NCBI GenBank assembly: GCA_951406725.2
Contig: OX597815.1
Span: 92,566,001-92,630,000 of the forward strand
Length of the DNA: 64,000 bases
DNA from: Octopus vulgaris
Taxonomy: Eukaryota
Direction of reading: 5' to 3'
The notes beneath the pieces are model-generated. The model worked only from the letters and a program-made list of their open reading frames with translations, searched no databases and was not told the DNA's origin. Positions 13,409 to 27,532 of this stretch are shown piece by piece; positions within the stretch are counted from its first letter, which is position 1; every line of letters begins with the position of its first letter. Position numbers and translations under genes: made by a program.

Positions 13409-15084
13409 CATTAGTGTATGGTAAGAATCTTCCACTATAGCCATGGACCAACCAAAGTCTTTTGAATGGATTTGGTAGATGGAATCTGAAAAAGGTTTGC
13501 CATCATCATTATCATCATCATCATTTAACATCTGCCTTCTATGCTGGCACCCCCCTATTAATACTATATATCTATAAACATTGGTTAAGTATAATGTAAT
13601 AGTAAAAGATGCAACCATAAAGTCAGCAGTTTATATTCCTAACAATGGTTGTGTATTTTGTCCATGGCACAGGCAGTATATTTTAATGGTTGAGTCCACT
13701 TATCTGGATGTTAGTAACTTGTGTAGTATAATACACTGCTAGATGTAGTGGCAACTCTATAGTACTAAAGCGTGTTTTGTTGACTTTGTGTACTGAGTTC
13801 AATTCCTATAATGAGAAAAGTTACTGACAATGGACTGGTTTCCTATCCACTAGGATTGGTAAATTTTTCTCTTCTTAACGTTTCATATAGATTCATGTAA
13901 TTGCAAACATTGAATTTACAATTAAGTTGTCTTTCTTGAATATTACTGGAACATTCTAATATTACACAACTCATCCTTGGTCAACATTCTGGAGCATGTT
14001 TTTTGGTTATATTTACACACATACGTATACTTTTAGATACAATACTTACATACAGGCACTGGCATATTCTTACATATACACACCTATCTATATGCACACA
14101 TACTTGCATACATACACCAAAATATTTGTATAAACCAATGGCCTATTGCCAACTATTCAACTGTGAAGTATTCATAGTATAAATTTTCCTGTGCTGACTA
14201 AATTAGGTAGACTAATAAGGTTTTTATGATGTAGGTAGTATTAAGTTGGTAGCTATAATCATTGTGACTGCAGGCTTAGGTTGGTTAGAAGAGAATCATT
14301 TACTGTAGAGATAGATTAAAGGAACTGTAGTTGGTTGAAAGTTGAGACCATTGACCCATACATATGAGTTGCAAGACTGGGATGCATAAAAATGTGTGAT
14401 ATTACAGATGTATTCAACTGACACTGGCATGAAAAGAGAAAACTGCTCTGTGGTCATTCAATCTACTAAAAATAGCAACCAGATTTCCCTTCTTAACTCA
14501 TGCCACACCGTCTTAAACAAAGAAGGACACATTAGATGTTGTAGTTGTAAATATATTATGTCTGTTAAAAAGATAGGATGGTTACAGCTGTAACGTTTTT
14601 GATCTTAAGTCTGTTGGATCAGTGCTGATCGAAGTCTAGATAGCAGCAATAACAACATCAATCAGATCTTGAAATGATACTGATTATGGTTGTGTAGTTG
14701 ATGATTAGCTTGATGAAGGTAATTTCCTGCAAAATTTTTTTTCTCAACAAGAATACAATGATTGCTTCTATTATTGGACAGAGGTCAAGAATATTGATGT
14801 TTTACTTACTGACCATTTTCTAGGTATAGTGTCTGGAATAAATCATTTTAAGAAACACTTGGTCAAAACATTCAGGCAGTACCAGTATTGTAGAGATATT
14901 GATTACTGCTTAAATCCTTTTTACTGAACTACTGATGTTCCCAACATCATACGATAATTTTCTCCCCAAAATATATTAAACATTAGCAAAAATTGGGTGT
15001 GAAGCTTTCGGTTCTTTATAATTTCTGCCATTGTGGAAATAATGATGACAGCAGCAACAACCACTATCAACTATTAAGTCCAAT

Positions 15085-15300
15085 TGACATAACTGTGTTA
15101 CCTTGGCCGTACTGTCCTGTCAACATAACTGTGTTACCTTGGCCGTACTGTCCTATCAACATAACTGTGTTACCTTGGCCGTACTGTCCTGTCAACATAA
15201 CTGTGTTACCTTGGCCGTACTGTCCTGTCAACATAACTGTGTTACCCTGGCCGTACTGTCCTATCAACATAACTGTGTTACTCCAACTGTATTGTTCTGT
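15085..15300. repeat. 36-bp minisatellite, about 5.5 near-identical units
   Basis: Unit CAACATAACTGTGTTACCTTGGCCGTACTGTCCT(G/A)T; degenerate units continue to about 16070. Confidence 0.9.
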
Positions 15301-15616
15301 CCACAAAACTGTCACAATAAACTCTATTGTTGCTAACTGCTGCCAACCAGCTGTATTGTCCTCTAAACAACTGTCACCACAAGCAGTGTTCTCTTGTCAA
15401 CATAACTGCACCACTGACAGCAATACTGTCCTGTAAACATACTATGTCACTATTAGCTGTATTGTCCTCTTAACATGTCACAGTTACCTATCCTGTCAAC
15501 ATAACTGTTTTACCTCCAGCTGTACTGTCATGTCAATATAACTGTCACCTCCAGTTGTAGTGTCCTGTCCTGATGTAACTGTGTTGCTGTTAGCTGTACC
15601 ACAATTTAACATATTT

Positions 15617-15872
15617 CTGTGTCGGTAGCACATAAAAAACACCATCCGAGCGTGGCCGTCTGCCAGCCTCGTCTGGCACCTGTGTCGGTGGCACATAAAA
15701 TCACCCACTACACTCTCGGAGTGGTTGGCGTTAGGAAGGGCATCCAGCTGTAGAAACACTGCCAGATCCGACTGGCCTGGTGCAGCCTTCGGGCTTGCCA
15801 GACCCCAGTTGAACCGTCCAACCCATGCTAGCATGGAAAGCGGACGTTAATCGATGATGATGATGATGATGT
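15617..15872 (+). mobile_element. Family A retroposon, young copy
   Basis: Nearly identical to 25177-25400; CpG-rich; (GAT)n tail. Confidence 0.85.
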
Positions 15873-16099
15873 GTCAATCTGCCATACTTTACTGTCAACT
15901 GTGTCACTATTAGCTGTGTTCAGATATCATTATAACTTCTCACTATTAGCTGTAACACTTTCAGCATGATTATGTCATCATGTCCTGTCAACATAACTGT
16001 ATCACCATTATCTTTATTGTTACATCAGCACAACTCACTATTAACAACCGACTTTACTTTGCTGTCAACAAACTACATCATCATTATTATGGTAGTCTA

Positions 16100-16320
16100 A
16101 GGTTGTGAGTTGGCAGACTCCATTACCATGCTAAACAAAATGCTTGGCAACATTTTTTTCTGTCTTTACATTCTGAGTCTAAATGTTGCTGAGGTTGACT
16201 TTGCTTTTCATCCTTTCAGGGTTGATAAAATAAGCACCAGTTGAACACTGGGGATCAATGTAATCAATTATCCCCCTCCCCACAGATTTCAGTCTTTGTG
16301 CTGATTGCGGAAAGGATTAT
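16100..16320 (+). mobile_element. SINE family C copy
   Basis: Similar to 13014-13226. Confidence 0.7.
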
Positions 16321-16595
16321 CATAGTAGTCTCATGTAGGTAATATAGTCAGTGGAAAACTTTAACTGAAACTATCCTTGTAATTAAAAGAGAAAAACTCT
16401 CCCTATGAGTGTTTAAACTCTAAAAACAACAAACAAGGGGAAAAAACCCAGTAATATCAGCCAGTCCTATAATCAATTCAGAGAGGATTTTGTCTTTAAA
16501 GCAGGTTAGCTGGTGAAAGCATTAGATACATTTTGATCTTGTTAGATCTCGCCAGTGAAGCTTATTTATTTCTGTTGGCAAGACTTAGAGATGAT

Positions 16596-16637
<42 letters not shown>

Positions 16638-16654
16638 ATCATCTCTAAGTCGTG

Positions 16655-16707
<53 letters not shown>

Positions 16708-19539
16708 GCACACACACATACACACACACACACACATAAATTCTGTGGATATTAATAGATTTGCACATGTATATCCAGTAAAAGGAGAAGTCCTTTCAAA
16801 GTTGTTCAAGTTGTCATCATCCTGCCTTTTATTTAGACATTGTATTTTTAGATCTATATTATCATCCAATGTCTCTTTCATTTAAGATACTAGAGTGTGA
16901 TTAGAAGGAAATTTGGTTGCTATTTCTTGTAGGTCAAGTTACTATGTAGAGGCTTCCTTGAAGTATGTCAGTGTGATAAGACAAAATAATAACAGGATTA
17001 ATATTAATGTTCAAAGTTATGTAACACAGTGACAGTAGTAAGAGTTGAACGTAGAACCATGTAATCCAGTAGATTAGCTGAAGCTCCCTTAAGAATGTTT
17101 ATATTATCCCAAACTGAGTTAGTAATATGGAAGAATACAGCTGATAGTGACTCAGTTATGTTGACAGGACACAAAATTTACTTCTGACAGCTATGTTAGT
17201 TAGCAGTGACACTGTTATAAAGATGGAGTTGGTGGCTCTAAGAGTAACTGTACATGATAATCAACAAGGATTTGAAACTCAGTGTAACATAAAACCAAAT
17301 GAATAGTTAACTTTTTTCCTTGACTAGGAATTTTGTTTATTTTATTTCATGAACATTGAAATTATAGTTTAGCTCTGAGACAGAACTCTTATATTTCTTT
17401 AGAAAATGAGAGTAAAAATGAAACAACAGCAACAACACAAAGTAAAATACAGAAAAGGGAATAAAATATTTACAATATTAATTTAAGTTGTTTTCAGGAA
17501 AATGTCAGTATCTGTGTGCATGAATCTGATATTATCTGATTGTAGTAAAGTCTCTTATAACTAGTTAATCTTATCCTCTCTTGCCTGTCATCTAATTAGG
17601 TCTTTTGCCTCTCAATAGTAAGCTGAGATGTTTAGCTGCTAAGAGATAAACAAGTGTGAACTTCATGAACATAGTTGTGTGTTACTGCACTAGTAATTTG
17701 AGACCTTACCACTTTATTTAAAATGTTTATTTTCAACACAACAATTATGATTACATATCAATCAAACCACAAAATTTTTTTCATGTCCTCATCTGTTAGC
17801 TGATGTTAATATTAATTCTTATGTTTCTCATTGATCAGCAGGATATGTTATTACGTGAGTAGTTGTTAAAATTTATTGTTATCAATTTTACAACTATTAT
17901 ACTATATTTTTAAAAGATAAAAGTCTAGTATTTGCTGTTGAAAACCATTTATACATTATTTTCCATTTAGGAGAATTTGAAAATTGATTCTTGATGCTAC
18001 ATAATTTTAGTCTTTCCATCCAGAGAGATCATTTATTTTTCATGTTAGTTAGATGTTGAATTTTCCCTTTATAGTAACTATAAAAAAGAAAATAAAGCTT
18101 TAGATTTATTTGTATATATATGGCTGCTATATATATACTATAGTAAACTGGTATATTTTCAGCATCTACTCTAGGTCAGCTGTAGTTGTTATCTTCACAT
18201 ATTTAATTAATCAAACAGTGTATTTTATCTGCTTAATGTTTACCTATTTAACATTGATTTCTGAAATAGATACAATACCTTAGATTTATAGGCTGCGAGA
18301 GACAAGATGTTGTGACATTCAATCACTATTCTGTTATTTAGTTTTTTACTAAATGTTCCTTTTCATATATGAGTCCGGCTTCCTAAAATCAATAAGAAAA
18401 AAAAATTGGCAGTAAAAACTATTAACCTTGACCATTTGGCAAGCATGAAATGTGTTGGCATAGGTCAATATTTGATTTTAAGGTATTAAATTGATTTAGA
18501 TTCAGGTGTAGAATTATCTAATATCACAGAAAACCTGCTCTCTTGGCAGAAATATAAATTCTACTTAGTTTAAAGGAGGATTCTAATAATTGATGCTTAG
18601 AGTATTTTTTTACTAACAAGGTTATCACAGCAATATACTTCATTAATATCTAATATAATAACACAACATTAATATCAATGTAATGATATGTTATAGCATG
18701 TTCAATTATGTTGCAGTTTATGTAATAATATATTTAGTATATTCAGTCTGTTGTACTTGAATCTATTTAATAAATTTTTTATATTTCATTTTACAAAATC
18801 AATAATATTGACAAAATTTTTGTAGCTAAATTTACTTTATGTACTTCATGTCCTGAAGTTGAGATTATTCATGCTTAAATATGTGACATATCTATAGCAA
18901 ACATTTATTATACACCCCACTTTTCCAGAGATATTATTGAAATTATATAGACTATCATGAGAATATTTTGATTGGACTGTGTGTATTTTAGTAAAATATT
19001 TCCTGATTCACTTTGGCTTTAAAAGCTAAATTAGCAACAATGGAATTAATATAATTATTATTATTATTGCGTGTCAGTAGCTTTTTGTCTCTTCTGGTGT
19101 TTGATAACATTTCTTGTATTTTATTTCCTTCTTCAACTTGAAACAATAGTTGAAGTAATTTATTATAAACTTTAAATTGGCACAAAAAAGATAAACAAAA
19201 CCCACCGACAGAACTTAATTCATATATATTGTTATCCAGGTGACAGTATTACCAAATTTACTACAGAGTGCCTTGGCATCCAAAATTGTATAAATTATTT
19301 TGTCTACAGCATTGTCCGTCTCTGTTCACTAAAAGACAAGCTACTCCTCCAATGTCTAGCATAGTGATATTTGCAATTGGAAATAACCTGGTAATCAAAT
19401 AATTAACCAAGTACAGCAGTTTTAATACAATGTTATAAACACTTCAATATTTAATATCAATTATGTTAACTTCTTAGCAGTTAATTTGTAATCAGTCTAT
19501 AGGTGTCATGAACTTATTTGAAAATTCTTTACATGTTAA

Positions 19540-19723
19540 GCATGACTGTATGGTAAAGAAGCTCACTTTGCAACTACATGATTTTGTGTTCAGTCCCACT
19601 ACAGAGCACCTTGGGCAAGTGGCTTCTATTATCGCCCCAGTTTGACCAATGCTTTGCGAGTGGATTTGGTAGATGGAAACTGTGTGGAAACTTGTTACAC
19701 ACACGCCTCACATACACACACGC

Positions 19724-19762
<39 letters not shown>

Positions 19763-20010
19763 GTATATGGACATATGAGTGTCTTTGTATTTGTTCCCCA
19801 CTACCACTACTTGACAACTGTTTAGGTTTGTTTATAACCCTGTAACTTAGCAGTTCAGCAAGAGAGGCTGATAGAATAAATATCAGACTTACAAAAAAAC
19901 CCCAAAAAACCAATAAAGTACTGGGGTCCATTCATTCAACTAAAAGTCTTCAAGACATTGCCCTAACCTGGCCACAGTCCAATAACTGAAACAAGTAAAA
20001 GATAAAAAAA
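19540..20010 (+). mobile_element. SINE family B copy
   Basis: Reverse complement of the 24655-25076 type; internal (CT)n(CA)n. Confidence 0.75.
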
Positions 20011-20709
20011 AAGATAAAATCATTAGACTTCTTTTATGTTTTTGCTGTCTGTGTCTGCTTTTATAGAATTCCTTTGATATTCTTTCCTTCTTACTATTTG
20101 TCCACTCACTTCCCTCACCACTTTTGCTCATCAAGATCATCCTCCCATTTCACTTATTGATATGTCAGGTGTAAATAAATCCCATGTATGCAGTAAACTT
20201 TTGATTACTCATCTTACCTGTGAAACATCTGCCTCTCCATACTGCACTCCTAATTCAATACTGTTCGTTTAATATGTTTACTTATCAATTAATGCTGTAA
20301 TGTTTCAGTCATTGGTTGTTATTTCCATCACTGAATTAAAATATCGGGGTCAATGTTACACTGTCTTGCAATCTCGCTTCGAGTTGAGCTAGTACTGTAG
20401 TAATAGAACAGAACTAATTTTGCGTTACTAGAGAGTAGATGCTGTACTGTGTTTAGTACAGTAGACATATTATTATCTTACTAGAACAGATATAGTGCTG
20501 TGTTAGCAGAGAAAAAAATTGTATAGTGTTAATAGAAGAGTAATAGTACTGTATTAGTAGAGTTTTGTATTCCATAATATACAAGTTTTTAGAGTGACTA
20601 ACTTTGAATGTCAATGATTGAATAACTTAGTTTAATCTGAAACTCATAAAAACAGCAACATAAACTTATATAGCTAAGACTAATTTGATAATTGTGCGCA
20701 TTTTGAACC

Positions 20710-21140
20710 ATCCGCATGCTGGACAAAATGCTTAGCAGCATTTCGTCCATCTTTATGTTCTGAGTTCAAGTGCTGCTGGGTTCAGCTTTGCTTTTCATCC
20801 TTTTGAGGTTGATAAAATAAGTACCAATCAAGCACTGGAGTGAGTGTAATTGACCTACCCTCTCCCTTAAAATCATTGGCCTTGTGCCAATTATTATTAT
20901 TATTATTATTATTGTTATTGTTAAGGTAGTAAGCTGGCAGAATTGATAGCATACTGGATGAAATGCTTAGTGGTATTTCACCCATCACTCTGTTCTGAGT
21001 TCAAATTCTGCCAGCATCAACTTTGCCTTTCATCCTTTTGGGGTTGATAAAATAAGTACCAGTTGAACACTGGGGGTCAGTGTAATCAACTCATCCCCTC
21101 ATCCAAAATTGCTGCCCTTGTGGCAAAATTTGAAACTATT
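20710..21140 (+). mobile_element. Two tandem SINE family C copies separated by (ATT)n tail
   Basis: Both carry GAGTTCAA, CTTTTCATCCTTTT and GATAAAATAAGTACCA motifs and end in (TTA)n. Confidence 0.75.
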
Positions 21141-23839
21141 ATTATTATTATTTTTATCATCATCATCATTATTATTATTATAATTTTTTTTGTTTGAGAA
21201 TAAAATGATCTATTTTTTAAAATAAATCTCTAAATATTATGGATTAAATTTTGTTTGGATTACTTGTTGATTTTTGTGATCACTAAATTCTAGATTATTC
21301 TTTTTCCATCAGCTATTTTGAAATGTCTTTGTTTTGCAATATCATTCAATAAACTGCATTAATTCTGTTTCCTCTCAAATTTTAGGCAAAAAGGTGATAT
21401 TATTTTATCTGCATGTTCTCTACACTGTGTTGTCTGCTCATTTTCAGAATTTCTAATCTAGTTTTTAACCCTCAGACCCTTGACAGTTGATACAAACCTT
21501 CTTCCAGTTATGTACAATTCCTAACCCATCGCTCTCTTTTGATATTTCTCTTTCATGTTCTCTGTTAATTGCAAACTTGACTTTCAGAGAATAGAACTTG
21601 GCAACTTGTTTGTCTTGCTTGTAGTTAATATGAATGTATAAGCAATGCAATAAGTCAACTTTAGTCTGTCTTGCTGCAATGCATATTTGTTAAACAATAA
21701 ATGGAGTCTGTTTGTATACTTAAATTAACAATTAGCTTGTCCCTTCAACTTATTATTTACTAATGATAATACTTACTTTCCATTCACACAATCAAATAAT
21801 CTTATTCTTTATCCTTGTTTACATTGCATGAAATCTGAAATGCTAACTACCCTTTTTAAAAGTATGAAGATGTTTCATCCATCTAAATCAAAATATATGT
21901 GAAGAATGGAAAAAGAAAATTTCTTTGAATTGTTTTTTGTATAATCTCAATTTAGAGATTTAAAAAATTGACTGGGGTAACACATGTTTCAAATATTCCA
22001 TAAATCTGTTGGGTTAGCACACACACACACAAAAAAAAATCTAATGTATTTTTCAGTGTTGTTTAAATTTACTGGGGCTACAAAAATCAATTAATTTAAA
22101 GTCATGCATTTCTCTCTAATATTTTAGTTGTCAGAATTATCTTGATTATTTTCAAGCTGCTTAATTATTTCTGTAGTGATTAACCTAGATTGAAGTTATC
22201 AGTGGTTTCAACTTTCAAAAGTTGGTCATTGTATTCTCTGTGTTCTGTTACACTGAGATTGAACCTTCTACCATTTGTACTTATATCTGTTATATAATTA
22301 GCTATTCATCTTGTCAGGTGTTTCTTCAGTGGAAAGGAGAGTTCTTTCTGTTCTACTGAGATTTTGTTGCTCAAATTAACTGTACAGCTTATTGCATTCC
22401 ATTTGCATTGTTAGAAACAAGTATATTCTAATATTTTTGTTATTTTTATGCAGAGGATAGAGATACTTAACTTAAGTAGTTAATGTCTTTTTTCTATCAC
22501 AAGTGTGTATATTATGTGTGTGTGTGTGTTTGTGTGGAGGAAGGCGATAACAAAGTGCTGTTTGATAAATAATATAGATACATGCCCTCATAACTCAGCA
22601 GTTGATGTATATTTGTATACATATTAGATAATCTTCATAAAATGATCAAAGAGATAACTATTCAATTATCTTCTTATTTATTAAAGTTCTCAATGTTTTC
22701 AAGCATAAAACATTTATTTCTTTTGATTTTGAGCTGACAGTGGCTAACTGTTTTGTGTTTACACACACATCTTTAAAATGATTTCACAGAAATATTACGC
22801 AATAAAGAAACAATCTCAACTTTAAGAAATTATGAAGCTCTTAAGTACAAAGATATATAACCATATTTGTAAAATTAGATATGATTTTACAGAGGGAGAA
22901 AAGAAAGGAAAAATGGTATAAGAAAGGAAGGGAGCTTCTACATAGTTACTTTACCTGCTAGAAATAGAAACCAAACCCCACTCAAATTACAATCAAGTGA
23001 ATGTCTTGAAAAAGGAAATCATAATGTATCCTAGATACGCTGCCTGAAATAGATGGGTTGATCATGGCTAGAACTCCTTTAATGGATCAGAGCTAAAATA
23101 TCAACATGAAAGAAAATGTGAGGACCCAATCAGTGATTTCTTCCATCAGTTGACAATTTATTACCAAGGTCAAATATTACCAGTCAACTAGAATATGTTG
23201 GTTTAACTAACACCAGTTACTTACATTTGATTTAAGTTATAGATGGGTCTGCTGTGATTTGACCCATCATAACATTAGTTTTATGATGGACTATTCTTAG
23301 AATCAGGAATCTGTTGTTGAAGAGTTACAACTGTGATCTGCTATTGAATATTTGATTTATACCCCTAACTGGTTATTTATGTCTTGTTACATTGGCTAAC
23401 TATATGCTGGTTACTTACCATCTGTTGTACTGAGTGTTCAGTTTGTATGTATCCATCAATCCTCAGGTATGTGAATTCTTGGTATGATCTGTGTCATAGT
23501 TTCAATTCCCAGCTGGAGAATTTTCATTTCACTTCTGTCAGGTCACACTTCTTATAGACAAAATCCATAATGGTTCTTTAACTACCCAAAGTTTTAAATA
23601 ACAGGTTAATTTGGTTTCAGTTATGGAAAGCCACAATTTCGACTCTTTGTGGTGTTATTTTACAACAATCTTTGGTAACATATGTTTTATCAAACTCCAT
23701 GATGATATATATTTTATCACATTCTCTGGAGATGTATATTTTACAACATCCTATTGTCATGTAAATTTTATAATGCTCTGTGTGGATATCTATTTAACCA
23801 CACTGTTGTGACATATATTTTGTAATAATCCAATGTAGT

Positions 23840-23995
23840 CTCAATGTGTGTGTTTGACTTGCTAGAAGTAATGACTAAATCTCTCTCAAACACCTGACTG
23901 TATCCTACCATTTTACAAGTGGACACGTTGGATACTGTGCTCTTGGTTTGCTGTGCTTAGATCTGCTTGACCAGTGCTGACTTGTGGTTAACAAC
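23840..23995 (+). repeat. Dispersed short repeat family E (unclassified)
   Basis: Motif TGCTAGAAATA...CCAAATCTC.CTCAAA...GGACACATTGGATA...GCTGAC.TGGGCTAAACAAC recurs at about 14460, 22955, 32053, 45795, 47263 and 51062, and inverted at about 16900 and 31370-31560. Confidence 0.55.
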
Positions 23996-24654
23996 ATTTT
24001 ATTAGGCACTTATTGTGTTCCCAGTGGGTGAAAATGAGCAAGTTAGACAGATACATGATTAAAGAGAAATGTGTGATGAGCTGAGATAAGATCATTATTT
24101 TCTATAGTGAAATACTCAGTGTTCTATTAATCTAGTTATTGAGGTATTGATAATACAGGCTGAAGGGCAAAATATTTAACAAAAAGAATAATGAGCAAGG
24201 ATTGTTTAAGTGTTGCTTGTGGTCATTTCTTTTCTGGTCCTAATTTGCACTAGCACTAAGTTTCAGACATAAGCTCTTAAGAGGTGTAGATTTAAAATTT
24301 TCTGTTGTTTCTGTCTCATAGTAACATTCTGTAGTGGAAGTCTTTGTTTTTTTCATTTCATCAGCACCCACTACAATGACATATACCTTGTGATGTATCA
24401 AGCAAGTAAATTGTATTATCTCTTTCAACTAGTATCAACTTTATTCATATCTAAAATACTGAGTGTTGACATACTTCTCATTCATATAATTTTCTGTCTA
24501 GTTGCTTTCCTACTCTTCAATTTTGAAAGGTTATGGTGCTTGATATATATTCTTATGAAAATATATAAATTTATTAGATGTCACTATCAGATAAACATGC
24601 TCACATCTATACATATCTGTATGCACACACACATATCCCCACTGCAATATATTT

Positions 24655-24866
24655 CTTTTCGTTTCTTTTACTTGTTTCAGTCATTTTACTGCGGCCATGC
24701 TGGAGCACCGCCTTTAGTCGAGCAAATCGACCCCGGGACTTATTATTTGGAAGCCCAGTACTTATTCTATCGGTCTCTTTATGCCAAACTGCTAAGTGAC
24801 GGGGACGTAAAAACACACCAGCATCGGTTGTCAAGCAATGCCAGGGGGACAAACACAGACACACAA

Positions 24867-24921
<55 letters not shown>

Positions 24922-25074
24922 TATACGACGGGCTTCTTTCAGTTTCCGTCTACCAAATCCACTCACAAGGCATTGGTTGGCCCGAGGCTATAGTATCAAG
25001 ATGCCACGCAGTGGAACCGAACCCGGAACCATGTGGTTGGCCAGCAAGCTACCTAACACACAGCCACTCCTGCG

Positions 25075-25076
<2 letters not shown>
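24655..25076 (-). mobile_element. SINE family B, young copy
   Basis: Minus-strand head GGCGCAGGAGTGGCTGTGTG...GGGTTCGGTTCCACTGCGTGGCA (tRNA-like A/B boxes); CpGs retained. Confidence 0.85.
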
Positions 25077-25121
<45 letters not shown>

Positions 25122-25125
<4 letters not shown>

Positions 25126-25400
25126 GAGGCTAGCAGACGGCCACGCTCGGATGGTGTTTGAGCAGATGGCCACGCTCAAACACCATCCGAGCGTGGCCGT
25201 CTGCCAGCCTCGTCTGGCACCTGTGTCGGTGGCACATAAAATCACCCACTACACTGGTTGGCGTTAGGAAGGGCATCCAGCTGTAGAAACACTGCCAGAT
25301 CTGACTGGCCTGGTGCAGCCTTCGGGCTTGCCAGACCCCAGTTGAACCGTCCAACCCATGCTAGCATGGAAAGCGGACGTTAAACGATGATGATGATGAT
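25122..25400 (+). mobile_element. Family A retroposon with inverted 5' end
   Basis: 42-bp inverted duplication at the 5' end, then the family A core and (GAT)n tail. Confidence 0.85.
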
Positions 25401-26005
25401 ATTGTGGAACTTTGGGAGAGTCATGCAGCCAATTCAAGCACATGCACTGGTGTGTTCCACTACAGTTTTTATCAAATAGAAACTTGCTTAATCAATTATC
25501 TAGTTAATTAATAATAAAATTGATGTGAAATACAGCCAGTGCATATGGTTTAATTGACAGTTCGATTCTTTCACTTTGGGAGAGGTCATGTTCCAGTTAA
25601 CTCTTAATTTCCTGTAGGACATAGTACCACATGAGACTGCATCAGTTAGCAAATCCTGAAACATACAATATTACACAAATCATACTAATCTTGATTACAT
25701 TCATTTTAAAGTAAGTGTGGCACTCTCTGTTACAAGGAAGAAAACTCTAATCTCTTTAGTGTTTATTTGTATTCTGTAACAGTCATTATAGGACTGAGCT
25801 TTTAACTTAGATAAGTTTCAAAAGGATGTGAAAAGTTAAGATATATGTACTAGTTATTTCATTTTAGTTTTATGATCAATTAATTTGACAATTAGTTAAT
25901 TAATTACTAAACTTATTTATTAATTTTTAATTGGCAGCATGAAGTACATTATAAAATTACAACACATGATTTCATATCAAGAATCTTGTAAAACATGTCT
26001 CTATG

Positions 26006-26048
<43 letters not shown>

Positions 26049-26049
<1 letters not shown>

Positions 26050-27270
26050 TTGGATAAAATAATGGAAACACCTTGTTAATTAGAAGTTTTATTATTTAAT
26101 ATGAAGTTGGTCTACCTTTGGCATCAATAACAGCTTTAATATTAGGGGAATTTTTTAGCCATTTTCAAGTAAAACCTGCTTTAGCTCTTTCAGCAACAAG
26201 AGCAGAGGAAAGCAACTCCTCAATTGCTTCTCCAAAATGTACCATAAATATTTTATTATACTGAGATCCAGTGATTGGGGTGAGAAGCAATCCAAGTGGT
26301 CTACTTGACTTTTGTGCTTTTCATATCAATTTTGAATGACATTAGCCATGTGAATTGGTGCATAATTGTCCTGGAAGACTGTGCTACCATCAGGTAGAAT
26401 GTTTATACAACAAAATGGACATAACCAAAATATTCAAATAGTCCTTGCCATTAGCTCTTCCATGTTGAACAACCAAAGGGCTAAGAGAATTCCATGATAT
26501 GGCTGCCTAAATCATTACAGAACACCTCCATATTTTGTGGTAGGGACCAAATAGTTAGGGTTGAAGATTTCTTTGGATAGACATATACTTGCTCTAAATT
26601 GGGGAAAAAAGGTGCATGATGATTCATCAGAGAAGATTTTGTTTCATTGAGCCATTGACCACTTCTGATAGCCTAGACATTGAATTTGCTACTTATCAAT
26701 GTTGATGGGGGACAGAATTAGCAATTACATTCATCCCAGGCATCCAACATTATGGAGCTCAGGTCAAATGCTTTTAATTGACACATTGTTCACAAGATGT
26801 TGGTTTAGCTCTGTTGTCACTTTTGCTGCCATAATTCAGTGGTTATTTGATACAGTATATTTCACTGTTCTGTGGTCTCTCTCTGTGAGCTTTGCCTTCC
26901 ATTCAAAATTATGCTTGCCAGAGCAGGTTTTGCCTTGGTTTTGGAATGGCAACATGATTTTAGAGACTGTACCTCTTGAAGCAGTAGACAATTCAGCAGT
27001 CTTAGTGACTGAGTTCCAGCCATCCTCTTCCAACAATTTTTTTTTTTTTGGAAATCAGATAGATCGATCGTTGTAACTTATTGAAATATAAATATTTCCC
27101 AAAAAAAGAAAGAAAAGAAAAAAAAAACCATCGCAAAAACAGAAGGCTATATCATGAAGTACAGAGTATACATAATGCATATGAACACATATTTACAGAC
27201 ATGAACATATTGCCAATAGGAAAAAATAGTTAAATAAAAGTGATGTTTCCATTATTTTGTCAATCCCCTG
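26049..27270 (-). mobile_element. Tc1-like DNA transposon, degenerate, near full length
   Basis: TIRs GTTGGATAAAATAATGGAAACACC / GATGTTTCCATTATTTTGTCAATCCCCTG. Minus-strand motifs SVTKTAEL..ASRGTVSKIM (HTH), IFSDES, FQDNYAPIH and SPQSLDLSIIKYLW (DD34E-type). Confidence 0.85.
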
Positions 27271-27532
27271 TGTGTGTGTGCGTATTGGTGTATCCTAGCA
27301 CTGCCACAACCCTAAGCCTTGAATGATTAAAAAAGTAACACACACACACACATGCATACACTGTAGCCCCAGTGTGACATAGTTACCTCAGTCAGTCTTA
27401 TTCTCCTGTCCAAACTAGTTTATATAGAAAAATTTAACTTTTTCTGGGTTTTTAACAAAGAAAAAAAAACCCTGCTATTCCTTAGCAGCTGCACTCCAAA
27501 CAGGCTGACCATATGATTCCTTTCATTTTCAG

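Noticed and set aside
14993-15436. Repeat protein (NITVLPWPYCP)n or CRISPR-like array
   Set aside because: Head-to-tail 36-bp minisatellite with no unique spacers and no cas genes; eukaryotic intron.
24390-25133. 247-aa ORF
   Set aside because: Runs through the antisense strand of a SINE and microsatellites; no domain and no splice context.
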